Assembly (NCBI GenBank): GCA_030605415.1
Contig: JAUWIJ010000001.1
Coordinates: 568 to 64,567, forward strand
Reading direction: 5' to 3'
DNA from: an archaeon
GTDB taxonomy: Archaea; Nanobdellota; Nanobdellia; Pacearchaeales; GW2011-AR1
DNA: 64,000 bases
Shown: positions 26,519 to 35,790 of the stretch, piece by piece
Layout of the letters: every line of letters starts with the position of its first letter
How positions within the stretch are numbered: the stretch's first letter is position 1
Notes under the pieces: generated by a model
Databases searched by the model: none
What the model saw: the letters and a program-made list of their open reading frames with translations, nothing else
What the model was told of the DNA's origin: nothing
Translations under genes and position numbers: made by a program

Positions 26519-29224
26519 TTGTTGCTAATTTATTTTATGAGAAAGTGGTTGATATTTTCATTTTTAATTTGCGCTTTGATTAGTGCCGTTTCAGCATCGG
26601 TGACCGTGCACAATTATAGTGTTGTTGACACCTACTCTCCGTTTGAACTAATTAAAGGCGAAATTAATTTAACAATTTCCGAAGAGGAATATGATGCGAA
26701 AATATTTTCTAACGATGGAGACGAAATTGGACTTGGGAATTTTCTGTATACGAGCGGAATGATTTTTGAATGTTCGCCACCAGATTGCTCTAAAGATTAT
26801 AATTTTTCTACAGGAACTAAAGACAAAAGTTTTAGCGTTCCCGTTGCGGGGACGAAGTATATAGGCTTTGTCGTGGATGGAGAAAATGTCGTTGTGGATA
26901 GTTTAAATTTCAAAATGGGGAGTGATTTTATGGAGAGTGCAAGACGACCACTAACCATTGAATTTTTTGAAAAAGAAGAATGGAAATTTAATGAATTTTC
27001 TGATTCGTTTTTACCGAAAAACTGGGGATGTTATAGTCAAATTGATGGAGCCCAAGGCTCTTTAATTGGCAATTCGTTTTACTGCGAGATGATTTCAATT
27101 TCGGATAGTGGAAAATTATATATTGGGGCAAATATCGGCGGGACAGATACAGTAAAATTAGACATGATAGTTTATCCAGAAAGCGGAATGGGCGCTTCTT
27201 GGGAATGCAATTTCGACCCTAATTCAGAGGAAGGTTGCTTAATCACTCCCGATATCGGCGAAATTTTTTCAGCAGGGGATTATCAGGTTTGTGTAGGTTC
27301 GGACACATTGACCGGTTATAAAATTTATCAGGAAAATGTCGGAGATAACTGTGGGTTCAATTACGTTTCAGGACCAGGAGGAAGCACAAAAGATTACGCG
27401 ATTTTTGCCCAAACTACGAAATATGCAAGTGCGGATTCTTTCAATATAGACGACTTCGACAAAGAGGACATCATCACTGCGGCTAATACACTCATCACGG
27501 AGAGATATGGAGGAGATTGCTCCGATGGATGCATTTTGCCGCTATCATTCTCTGGGGTGTCCCAAAATGCCCGAATTTATGATATGCAGTTGGCATACAC
27601 AAGAGATTTGGAATGGTACTCTACAAATGACATTTATGATTTAGATATTACCCCCGTCAAAATTGATTTCAGCGGAGTCCTCGATTTAAGCACACTTGGC
27701 TTTAGCGTTTCTAAAACTATGGACTACATCGTTTCACTTAATGGGACAAATCTTTTCGAAGAAAGTATAAATATTTTACCCGCGCCAATTATCCTACTAA
27801 TTTTACCCTTAAATCCCCCTGCAGGAGTGCCGATTGAGTTTTATGCTGGAGTTGACTTTGGCGGAAACAATTCGTTAAATTATAAATGGGATTTTGGAGA
27901 CGAAAAAACTACTACAACAAATGTGCCGTTTGCTTTTCATACTTATGCCGATTTGAAAAACTATACATTAACTCTCGAGGTTAGTGCAGGCGGAAATTTA
28001 ACTTCTAAGAAAACTTTTAATATTGAAACAATTAGTCCTGAAACAGCGATTAATACGAGTTTGACCCTTAAGAAAAATGCCTTAGAAAAAGTTATGTCCA
28101 GTATCGAGAATTTCCCTTTTTGGTATAGTGAAGCATTGTCAAAAGTTATTAATGTAGCTTTTTTCAAAAGTGAGTTAGATAGATTAGACAGGGCGAGAAA
28201 TAATTCTTTTAATGAGCAGGATTTTATTAAAATTGCCGAAGAACTTTATGCCTTGAATGTTCCGACCAGACTTAATATCAACAGTTTTGAAGTTCCTTAC
28301 TTAATGACAGAGTTGAAAGATATTAATATTAATCCCATCGAGATAATCAGCGGAAGCGTCAGCGAAAGCAACGACGACGATTATGCAAATTCTATTTTAA
28401 ACTGGCAGAATACTAACATTAATACTAATTATGTAATGAAAGAATTTACGATTTCGTTGTGGAACGGAGAAGATAGTCCGGTTTTTACAGTGTATAGTTT
28501 TAACGTCAACTCGAAGAGCGATAGAGAAAGTTACTTTGTAATTAATCGACCATTCAGCGAGCTGTATTTCAAAGAAGATGTAGAGGCAAGGAAAGCAGGA
28601 GATTCGACGATTATTATTTTGGCCCCGGAAGATAAAAAAACATTTGAATTTTATTACAAAAGCACCGAACCGACATCGTTTTTTGTTTCTCCAAAATTAA
28701 GTTCGATAGTTATTGATGCCGATATTGATACAACTTGCAATTATAATTTAGTTTGTGAAAAAGAATTTGGCGAAAATTCCGAGAATTGTCGAAACGACTG
28801 CAAACCAGTTAACCGGGCGATTTTCTATATGATTTTATCACTGGTATTTATGTTAATTATTTACGCCATTTTGCAGATTTGGTATAAGCATCGTTACGAA
28901 AAATATTTATTCAAAGACGAGAGACAGCAATACAATCTTTTAATGTACGTGACAAATGCCAGGGCGCGAGGGATGAACGATTCGAGAATTGGTGCGGAAT
29001 TAAGGTCAAAAGGATGGTCAGGCGAAAGAGTAAATTATATCATTAAGAAATCGAGAGGGGACAGAACGGGATTATACGAAATTATTCCATTTGAAAAAGT
29101 TTCGGCTTATTTTAGGAATCGAAAAGCCAGAAAAATTGTGGAAGCAAAAATAAATATCGCTACTGAGAATCGACAACAAATAGGGAGAAACATTAATAAA
29201 TCTAACTTTCAAAGAAGAATATAA
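26519..29224 (+). CDS. Large surface protein with PKD domain, C-terminal TM and cytoplasmic tail
   Basis: Signal peptide. PKD motif YKWDFGDEKTTTTNVPFAFHTY. TM IFYMILSLVFMLIIYAILQIW followed by a basic tail. Confidence 0.5.
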   Translation: MLLIYFMRKWLIFSFLICALISAVSASVTVHNYSVVDTYSPFELIKGEINLTISEEEYDAKIFSNDGDEIGLGNFLYTSGMIFECSPPDCSKDYNFSTGTKDKSFSVPVAGTKYIGFVVDGENVVVDSLNFKMGSDFMESARRPLTIEFFEKEEWKFNEFSDSFLPKNWGCYSQIDGAQGSLIGNSFYCEMISISDSGKLYIGANIGGTDTVKLDMIVYPESGMGASWECNFDPNSEEGCLITPDIGEIFSAGDYQVCVGSDTLTGYKIYQENVGDNCGFNYVSGPGGSTKDYAIFAQTTKYASADSFNIDDFDKEDIITAANTLITERYGGDCSDGCILPLSFSGVSQNARIYDMQLAYTRDLEWYSTNDIYDLDITPVKIDFSGVLDLSTLGFSVSKTMDYIVSLNGTNLFEESINILPAPIILLILPLNPPAGVPIEFYAGVDFGGNNSLNYKWDFGDEKTTTTNVPFAFHTYADLKNYTLTLEVSAGGNLTSKKTFNIETISPETAINTSLTLKKNALEKVMSSIENFPFWYSEALSKVINVAFFKSELDRLDRARNNSFNEQDFIKIAEELYALNVPTRLNINSFEVPYLMTELKDININPIEIISGSVSESNDDDYANSILNWQNTNINTNYVMKEFTISLWNGEDSPVFTVYSFNVNSKSDRESYFVINRPFSELYFKEDVEARKAGDSTIIILAPEDKKTFEFYYKSTEPTSFFVSPKLSSIVIDADIDTTCNYNLVCEKEFGENSENCRNDCKPVNRAIFYMILSLVFMLIIYAILQIWYKHRYEKYLFKDERQQYNLLMYVTNARARGMNDSRIGAELRSKGWSGERVNYIIKKSRGDRTGLYEIIPFEKVSAYFRNRKARKIVEAKINIATENRQQIGRNINKSNFQRRI

Positions 29225-29862
29225 TGATAAAAATAATTAGAAATTTTGCACGGAGAATCTTTTCAGGCATTTTTAAAAAGAGAGGAGAAATTAAGCTGGG
29301 CTTCTATGGTTCACCAAATGCAGGGAAAACAAGTTTGGCTAATCGGATTTGTCAGGATTGGTTGGGCGAGGACTTGGGTTCAGTTAGCAAAATGCCACAC
29401 GAAACGAGAGAAATTCAGATTAAAGAAAAGGTTGTACTTGAGAGAGACGGAAAGAGAATTGAATTTAAACTAATTGATACGCCAGGAATTGCAACAAAAA
29501 TAGATTTTGAAGATTTTATGAAATTTGGTCTAAATAGAAAGGCAGCTCAGAAAGTAGCGAAGGAAGCGACTCAGGGAATTATCGAATCAATTAAGTGGCT
29601 TGACGACGTGGATGTGGTTATTATTTTAATTGACGCGACAATAAATCCGTATTCTCAAGTCAATATTACAATTATTGGAAATTTAGTAGCGAGGAAAATT
29701 CCCATTTTAATTGTTGCCAATAAGATAGATTTAAAAAAGTCGAATGTTAAAAAGGTATGTGGCGCTTTCCCGGAATATGAAGTTGTGGGAATTTCGGCAA
29801 AAAATGGTGATAATATCGAAGAGTTTTATGAAGAACTTTTCAAGTTGGTAAAAAAAATTTAA
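29224..29862 (+). CDS. Small Ras-like/Era-like GTPase
   Basis: G1 GSPNAGKTS, G3 DTPGI, G4 ANKID, G5 SAK. Confidence 0.7.
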   Translation: MIKIIRNFARRIFSGIFKKRGEIKLGFYGSPNAGKTSLANRICQDWLGEDLGSVSKMPHETREIQIKEKVVLERDGKRIEFKLIDTPGIATKIDFEDFMKFGLNRKAAQKVAKEATQGIIESIKWLDDVDVVIILIDATINPYSQVNITIIGNLVARKIPILIVANKIDLKKSNVKKVCGAFPEYEVVGISAKNGDNIEEFYEELFKLVKKI

Positions 29863-29863
29863 G

Positions 29864-30253
29864 ATGGTGATGAAGAATATTAGAGAGTTTGAGAAGTGGT
29901 TTAGACAGGCAGAAGCAGATTTTGCGAAAATACAGATTCTCATAAATAGTAATAGTCTTGATGGGGCAGCGTTTTATTCTCAGCAATCGATTGAGAAAGG
30001 TTTAAAGGCATTAATAATCAAAACTAAGAAGCAATTGCCTCGTATTCATGATCTTTTGGCTTTATCAAAAATGGCGAATTGCCCTGAAGAAATAATTGAC
30101 AAATGTAAAATTATTAATCCCTATTATATTGAAACAAGGTACCCGGATTTTCTTGGAAAAATTCCTGCGGAGTCTTTTGAAAAAAAAGAAATAAAAAAGG
30201 TTTTAAAATTATGTAGTGAGGTATTAGAATGGATAAAAAAAGTATTGTATTAA
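29864..30253 (+). CDS. HEPN-domain protein (toxin-antitoxin-like)
   Basis: HEPN-like IHDLLALSK and ETRYPD motifs. Immediately precedes the MNT gene. Confidence 0.55.
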   Translation: MVMKNIREFEKWFRQAEADFAKIQILINSNSLDGAAFYSQQSIEKGLKALIIKTKKQLPRIHDLLALSKMANCPEEIIDKCKIINPYYIETRYPDFLGKIPAESFEKKEIKKVLKLCSEVLEWIKKVLY

Positions 30254-30546
30254 ATGTGATTAAAAGATTCAAAGAGAGAATTAAACCTATTTACAATATA
30301 AAGAAAATTATTTTGTTTGGTTCTTTTGCAAGGGGAGATTATAATAAATGGAGTGATGTGGATGTGATTATTGTTTCAGATGATTTCAATGATTTAAAAA
30401 AAGTTGAGAGACCTGTAAAACTTTATGATTATTGGACATCTGGTTATCCAGTTGATTTTTTGTGTTATACTCCCAAGGAATTTAATAGTTTAAAAAGTAG
30501 GGTCACTATTGTCAGAGAGGCAGTGAAAGAGGGGATTGAAATTTAA
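30229..30546 (+). CDS. Minimal nucleotidyltransferase (MNT) partner of HEPN
   Basis: LFGSFARGDYNKWSDVDVIIV pol-beta NTase motif. Confidence 0.75.
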   Translation: MDKKSIVLNVIKRFKERIKPIYNIKKIILFGSFARGDYNKWSDVDVIIVSDDFNDLKKVERPVKLYDYWTSGYPVDFLCYTPKEFNSLKSRVTIVREAVKEGIEI

Positions 30547-30985
30547 GATGGTTGGTGAAAAAAAGAAGGTTATTAAGAAAGGTAAAAAAATTACTAAGAA
30601 AAATATTGGCGATTTAATGATTCATTTTATGCCATATTCGGAAATTGCAAGGGAAGATGCAATTGGAAGGATTAAAAAAATTATGGGGTTAATTCTCGAC
30701 CATAAAATTATTATTTTACAGGGACGGTTAAGTTCAGATGAAGAGGCGCGTCTGATTGAAAATTCGATGGTTTTAATTGGCAACGTTAAGGGCTTCCAGG
30801 GAATTGAAATTGCAGCGATGTCGGGAGAAAACGAATATAGGAGCTTGTTTGAGAGGATAAGACGTAACATTGCGAAAATTTTAGTAGGAGAACAAGATGC
30901 GATTACAATTATTGGTCCGGCTTCAGTTGTAAAAGAGATTACTAAAAATCCTAAAAAACTTGAGTTGATGTTGCAGAAAAGGTAG
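30536..30985 (+). CDS. Conserved archaeal hypothetical protein (possibly DUF2073-like)
   Basis: Lys-rich N-terminus and globular C-terminus. The family assignment is from memory of the GTPase/DUF2073/Zn-ribbon archaeal neighbourhood, not sequence proof. Confidence 0.3.
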   Translation: MKFKMVGEKKKVIKKGKKITKKNIGDLMIHFMPYSEIAREDAIGRIKKIMGLILDHKIIILQGRLSSDEEARLIENSMVLIGNVKGFQGIEIAAMSGENEYRSLFERIRRNIAKILVGEQDAITIIGPASVVKEITKNPKKLELMLQKR

Positions 30986-31047
30986 AGCAAAACTTATAAC
31001 AGGAAGGTTTATTAATTTCTTAATTCTATAAATTTAAGGAGATAAAA

Positions 31048-31416
31048 ATGCCACACCAATGCGTCCACTGTTCGAAAATAATTGAAGTAGGGAGTAAGGA
31101 AATTCTTGAGGGTTGTAATAGTTGTGGTGGGAAGTTTTTTTTCTATATTCGTGATGAACAGGCGTTACAAATAAAAGAATCAAGGGAGACGCCGATTCCA
31201 GAATTTGATACCGTTGATAAGAAAAAAATTGAAAAAGACGTCAGAAGCATCTTAAAAATTGAGGACGAAACAAAGCCGGTTATTTTAGACATAGAAAGCA
31301 TTAGAGTTTTAGGACCAGGACAATTTGAAATTGATATTGTTTCTTTGATGAATCGTCGACCGATTGTTTTTAAGTTACAAGAAGGTAAGTATTTGATTGA
31401 TATAGAAGGGATGTGA
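31048..31416 (+). CDS. Zn-ribbon protein (possibly DUF2072-like)
   Basis: N-terminal CxxC...CxxC (CVHCSK...CNSCGG). Confidence 0.35.
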   Translation: MPHQCVHCSKIIEVGSKEILEGCNSCGGKFFFYIRDEQALQIKESRETPIPEFDTVDKKKIEKDVRSILKIEDETKPVILDIESIRVLGPGQFEIDIVSLMNRRPIVFKLQEGKYLIDIEGM

Positions 31417-31555
31417 GACTGGGAATTTGGGACACGAGCTAGGTATTTGGTATTTGGGATTTGGGATTTGTGGGAGCAGGGGACTACCAACTACAAACTC
31501 CCAACTCCGAACTGGGGATGGGGATTTGTGAGAAACAGGGAAGGGGATTGGAAGC
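31417..31555. repeat. Family-A repeat element, intergenic; ~75 nt near-identical to the copy inside trm5
   Basis: gatttgtgggagcaggggactaccaactacaaactcccaactccgaactggggatgggga matches 16858-16932 with 2 mismatches. Confidence 0.85.
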
Positions 31556-31570
31556 TTTAGTTCTGAAAAT

Positions 31571-32947
31571 ATGGAGAATAACTTTACAAACTTTAATAAA
31601 CCGATTTTTCTTGTCTGGATTATGACCATGAAAGATATTTTAAAAAAAGAGATTGAATTAATTTCACTTTCTCGTGAGGAAATTTTAAAATTATCCAAAG
31701 TTGCTAAAGAATTTATTACCTCTCTTAAAGCGGAGGGGCTTAATGCTTACGTCGGTGGCAGTTTAGCAAAAGGGACTGTAATTAAAGGGGAGGGTTTGTT
31801 TCCGTCTATGGATACTTCCGGAGAACCTCAGGATGTAGATATTTTTGTTGTATTTAATTACAGCGAAGATATTAAAAAACTGGAAGGAATTTTAAAGAAG
31901 ATTAATTTACCTGGCATTTTAAAAAAAGTTCATGGCTCAAGAGATTATTTTCAAATTAATTGTGGCACACCCAAGGGTATACCTCCTGCCCAGATGGCAT
32001 CCACTGACGCGGACAAGGTCGGCAATGCTTTATTAGAAGTAATTCCCGTTGTAAAAAATAACGACCCCGAGCTGGCGGAAAACGTGACAGATGTTTCGCT
32101 TAGTCACGTTAAATATATTGGCGGGGAGATAAAGAAAAATCCGAAAATTGCCGACGATATTAAATTAGCGAAAGCGTTTTGTCGGGCAAATCGTTGCTAC
32201 GGCGCAGAGGGTTATGCCCGAGGTTTTAGTGGCTATTCGCTGGAAGTGTTAGTTATTTATTTTGGCGGATTTGTGAAATTTTTAAAAAGAATTCAAAAAA
32301 AGCGGGTGATTGACCCATTAAAATATTTTAGAAGTGAGCGGGAAATTTTAAGTGAGTTAAATGCGTCGAAACTAAACTGTCCCGTGGTTTTAATTGACCC
32401 GACTTACAAATATAGAAATATTTCAGCAGGATTAGGACTTGAGAGTTTTGAAAGATTTATTGATACCGCTAAGAAATTTTTAAAATCACCGTCGTTGAAG
32501 TTTTTTGAGAAGAAAGATATCGACATTGAAGAAATAAAAAAGTTTGCTAAAAGTAGAAAGGCAAAGTTTATCGAAATAGATTTGAAGACAGATAGACAAG
32601 ATGGAGATATTGCTGGGACGAAGATGAAAAAGTTTTTGGATTTTTTTGCTAAAGAATTGGTTCGAAAACAGCAAAAGGTTCTTAGAAAGGAATTTGATTA
32701 TTTGGGCGGGAAGAAAGCCAAAGGATATTTGGTTGTCGAGGAGAAAATGGAAATTGAGTTACGGGGACCTTCGGTTGGACTAGAAGAAGCGGTTAAAAAT
32801 TTCAAGAAAGCAAAAGGCAGAAAAATCTTTGAAAGAAAAAATTATTGGTGGTGCAAAGAAAAAAGCGGAGTTGCTGAGGTGTTTAAATTGGTTGGAAAAG
32901 TTGAGGGAGAGATGGGAGCGAGGATGGAATTAGGGATTGGGGATTAG
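31571..32947 (+). CDS. cca: CCA-adding tRNA nucleotidyltransferase (archaeal class I), with in-frame insert and repeat-extended C-terminus
   Basis: GGSLAKGT...DVDIFVV NTase motif. 18-aa insert PKGIPPAQMASTDADKVGNA identical to one in GatB. C-terminal 'GARMELGIGD' is encoded by a family-A repeat. Confidence 0.7.
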   Translation: MENNFTNFNKPIFLVWIMTMKDILKKEIELISLSREEILKLSKVAKEFITSLKAEGLNAYVGGSLAKGTVIKGEGLFPSMDTSGEPQDVDIFVVFNYSEDIKKLEGILKKINLPGILKKVHGSRDYFQINCGTPKGIPPAQMASTDADKVGNALLEVIPVVKNNDPELAENVTDVSLSHVKYIGGEIKKNPKIADDIKLAKAFCRANRCYGAEGYARGFSGYSLEVLVIYFGGFVKFLKRIQKKRVIDPLKYFRSEREILSELNASKLNCPVVLIDPTYKYRNISAGLGLESFERFIDTAKKFLKSPSLKFFEKKDIDIEEIKKFAKSRKAKFIEIDLKTDRQDGDIAGTKMKKFLDFFAKELVRKQQKVLRKEFDYLGGKKAKGYLVVEEKMEIELRGPSVGLEEAVKNFKKAKGRKIFERKNYWWCKEKSGVAEVFKLVGKVEGEMGARMELGIGD

Positions 32948-32984
32948 GTATTTGTGGGGAAGGAAAAGTTGATATTAGAATTTT

Positions 32985-33284
32985 TTATAGCCATCTGGGA
33001 GGTTGTTTAAAAACAGAATATTCTATTTTTTTATACGTGAATCTTGTTTCATGTGAATAATCTTTGCTCCCCTTGGGTCCCTTGAATCCTATAATTTCTC
33101 CATTAATAGGATATACCCTTATTAAATTTTTTACCGAAACTGGAGAATCTATTCCTATATCTTCTGTAGACTCAAGAGACTCAAGAGATTTTAGTGTTTC
33201 TTTTGGCAATTTTTTTAAATGCTTAGTTATCCAATTTATCTCTTTTATAGTGTTTGCGTAAAATGTGAATTTTTCTATAGCCAT
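32985..33284 (-). CDS. Hypothetical 99-aa protein (weak RelE/ParE-like features)
   Basis: KKLPKE segment. Flanked by duplicated cca 3'-end sequence. Confidence 0.25.
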   Translation of the reverse strand: MAIEKFTFYANTIKEINWITKHLKKLPKETLKSLESLESTEDIGIDSPVSVKNLIRVYPINGEIIGFKGPKGSKDYSHETRFTYKKIEYSVFKQPPRWL

Positions 33285-33431
33285 AAAATTATAAATATTG
33301 TTTAGTTTAAATTAATTGTGGTGTTCAAATTAGTTAAGAAAGTTGAGGGAGAGATGGGTGCTTTCGGGAAAATTATTTAGCTCGAACAAAATAGGAAGGT
33401 TTATATACAAACTTCTATATAAAGATATATA

Positions 33432-33689
33432 ATGAAACAGGTATTACACTATCCTAATTTGAAAACTATGTTATCTATAGAAAGGACTTTAAGAGATGCG
33501 GAAATGATGATTAATAGGGAAGAATTAAAAAGAAGATTGCCGATGAAAATAATGCACCAAACAATGAATATAGTTTTAGATTATTTGGAACAGAGAGGAA
33601 TGCTAATTGATAGCCATAAAGGAATATTATGGATTTACAATCCAAGTTCTAAATTAAAAAAAGCAATTGAGAAAGGAAGAGAAATTTGA
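33432..33689 (+). CDS. Putative antitoxin (partner of RelE-like)
   Basis: 85 aa. Stop overlaps the downstream start (ATGA). Weak. Confidence 0.3.
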   Translation: MKQVLHYPNLKTMLSIERTLRDAEMMINREELKRRLPMKIMHQTMNIVLDYLEQRGMLIDSHKGILWIYNPSSKLKKAIEKGREI

Positions 33690-34063
33690 TGTTTGAAAAT
33701 AAGGAGATAAAGGTGATTCTATCTAATGAGGCAGATGATGTGTATAAAGAGTTAAATCAAATTGTGGGCAAGGAAAAGAAAAATAATGTTGAGTCTTCTT
33801 TTCATCAATCTTTGTTAAGGTCGATAAATAGAGCTGTAGACTTATTGAAAGAAAATCCATTTGCGGGAAACCAAATTCCAAAAAGACAAATTCCAGAAAA
33901 ATATATTGTCACATATGATACTGAAAATATTTGGAGAATTGAAATTGCTAATCGCTGGAGATTAATTTATACAATAACTGGAAATCAGTTGGAAATAATT
34001 AATTTTATTGTAGACATTTTTGATCATAAAAAATACGATAAAGTTTTTGGATATAAGCATTGA
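33686..34063 (+). CDS. RelE/ParE-family toxin-like protein
   Basis: NPFAG...IWRIEIANRWRLIYTI...DHKKYDKVF resembles RelE/ParE toxins. Confidence 0.5.
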   Translation: MMFENKEIKVILSNEADDVYKELNQIVGKEKKNNVESSFHQSLLRSINRAVDLLKENPFAGNQIPKRQIPEKYIVTYDTENIWRIEIANRWRLIYTITGNQLEIINFIVDIFDHKKYDKVFGYKH

Positions 34064-34098
34064 ATTAAATAAATTGTATAGTCATTTTTCCCCCCATC

Positions 34099-34881
34099 TT
34101 AATCCCTCCACGCCATCTCAAACATATATGCCAGAGAACTTGTGAAAAATGGCGAGTTAATCCAAACGCCATAATCAAAATCTTCGTGGACGTTAGTAGG
34201 CTTGATTGTAAAGATTAATTCTTTTCTATCCGAAATTACAAATCGCGCATTGATTGGTTTCGACCTAACCTCTACCCCAAGTTTCTTAGAAATTTTTGCC
34301 GCATCCTCTTCACCGTCGCTAATCATTACTTTAATATCCACTTTTCTTTTCTTTAATTTATCAAAAGTTTCTTTAAATATTTTTGATTTTGAAGAAAGCT
34401 CGTACGCAGATGATACCAGATGAATCGTGCTTTCCGCCGTTTCCATAATCGCCCGCATCTGAACATAAAGATTACTTCGCCCCTTAATAGACGTCGAAAG
34501 CTCGTGGTTCTTAATCGGCTCAACTCCCGTTTTATGAAGCTGTTCAAGTTCCTTATATTCAACCGTGTCTTTCAAATTAGAAAGCGTCTTGATTTTTTCC
34601 TCCGCGTGTTGCGTCGTATTATTTTTCAATTTCTCAATAACAGTCTTAGGTTTTATCGCAATATATTTCACAGGCTTACCCAATTTCTGAATCACAAATC
34701 CTCGCTTCTCTAAAGATTCCAAAACATCATAAGTTCTCGAACGTGGCACGCCAGAAAGTTCCGCAATCTCACCAGCCGAGGAAATACCCTTTGACAGCAA
34801 CGCTACCCAGACCTTCGTCTCATAAATATTAAGGTCAAAACATCCTCTTAATCTTTTTATTAATTCTTGTTTAGCTATCAT
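34099..34881 (-). CDS. TrmB-family transcriptional regulator
   Basis: N-terminal TrmB wHTH (YETKVWVALLSKGISSAGEIAELSGVPRSRTYDVLESLEKRGFV). Confidence 0.75.
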   Translation of the reverse strand: MIAKQELIKRLRGCFDLNIYETKVWVALLSKGISSAGEIAELSGVPRSRTYDVLESLEKRGFVIQKLGKPVKYIAIKPKTVIEKLKNNTTQHAEEKIKTLSNLKDTVEYKELEQLHKTGVEPIKNHELSTSIKGRSNLYVQMRAIMETAESTIHLVSSAYELSSKSKIFKETFDKLKKRKVDIKVMISDGEEDAAKISKKLGVEVRSKPINARFVISDRKELIFTIKPTNVHEDFDYGVWINSPFFTSSLAYMFEMAWRD

Positions 34882-34964
34882 TTCACCACTACGACATAAT
34901 GACCCTTTATAAATCTTTCTGTATGTTGTCTTTTCTTAGGGGTTACATCAGAAAGATTTAAATA

Positions 34965-35468
34965 ATGAGATTTGATTTAGATTTTATGAAACCAAAATAT
35001 ATACTTGTATTTTTCCTGGGTTTTTTTAGCTGCGCATTTTTGTTTTACGGTTTTAGTTATTCAAATATTGAAGTTCCATTTGGGACAGGACTAATTGGCT
35101 TAAATAGCGACGCTATTGCCCCTTCCGATTGGGTTTCCGAGAAGGATATTATTGTTTTCGACGACATGGTGATTTTGCGAGTTCCAAATACAACGTTATC
35201 CAACTACGCAGATAGCGGGAGCATGAAACCGGTTTTTGACAAAGGGGCAAACGGAATTCGTGTTGTGCCCGATAGCGAGGATGATGTGAACGTCGGGGAT
35301 ATTGTCAGCTACAGATTTGGAGACATTTTAGTTGTCCATCGTGTTATCGAAAAAGGAATCGACAACAAGGGAATTTATTTCGTAATGCAAGGAGATAATA
35401 ATATTTTAAGCGATGGAAAAATTAGGTTTGAAGATATTGAGTATGTAACTATTGGTGTGATTTGGTAG
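34965..35468 (+). CDS. Signal peptidase I (S26/Sec11-type)
   Basis: N-terminal TM. Catalytic Ser motif SGSMKP. GDIVSY/GDNN boxes. Confidence 0.6.
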   Translation: MRFDLDFMKPKYILVFFLGFFSCAFLFYGFSYSNIEVPFGTGLIGLNSDAIAPSDWVSEKDIIVFDDMVILRVPNTTLSNYADSGSMKPVFDKGANGIRVVPDSEDDVNVGDIVSYRFGDILVVHRVIEKGIDNKGIYFVMQGDNNILSDGKIRFEDIEYVTIGVIW

Positions 35469-35469
35469 G

Positions 35470-35790
35470 AAAAACAAGAAGTTTTTCCAGAGCTTAGAAC
35501 TCGGTGGACAGGAAGTCCAGAGCTTAGAACTCGATGGACAGAAAGTCCAGAACTCAGAACTGAGAACTGAGAACTCAGAGGGGGCAACCGACGGGGAAGC
35601 GGGGGGTTGCTCTCAGAGTGAATGAAATGAACGGTCTAAGTTCTGAGTTCTCAGTTCTAGGGAGTGAAACGACCTCTAAGAGTGAATGAAATGAACGGTC
35701 TGAGTTCTGAGTTCTAGGGAGTGGAACGACCTCTAAGAGCGAATAAAATGAGCGGTCTGAAATCTCAGATCTGAGTTCTATTTTAAAACA
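35470..35790. repeat. Family-B composite repeat element (largest copy, internally duplicated)
   Basis: Contains two copies of 'tctaagagtgaatgaaatgaacggtctgagttctgagttc' and 'ccagagcttagaactcg(g/a)tggacag(g/a)aagtcc' modules. Confidence 0.8.

Noticed and set aside
31375-31698. ORF-track 107-aa minus-strand ORF overlapping the cca start and a family-A repeat.
   Set aside because: It is translated from repeat sequence (SPVRSWEFVVGSPLLPQIPNPK, the same peptide that repeat copies produce in any frame) and overlaps the real cca gene, so it is spurious. The same applies to the short antisense ORFs inside large genes (e.g. 918-1154, 1540-1779, 10788-11157, 22197-23407, 38108-38290, 54614-55545).
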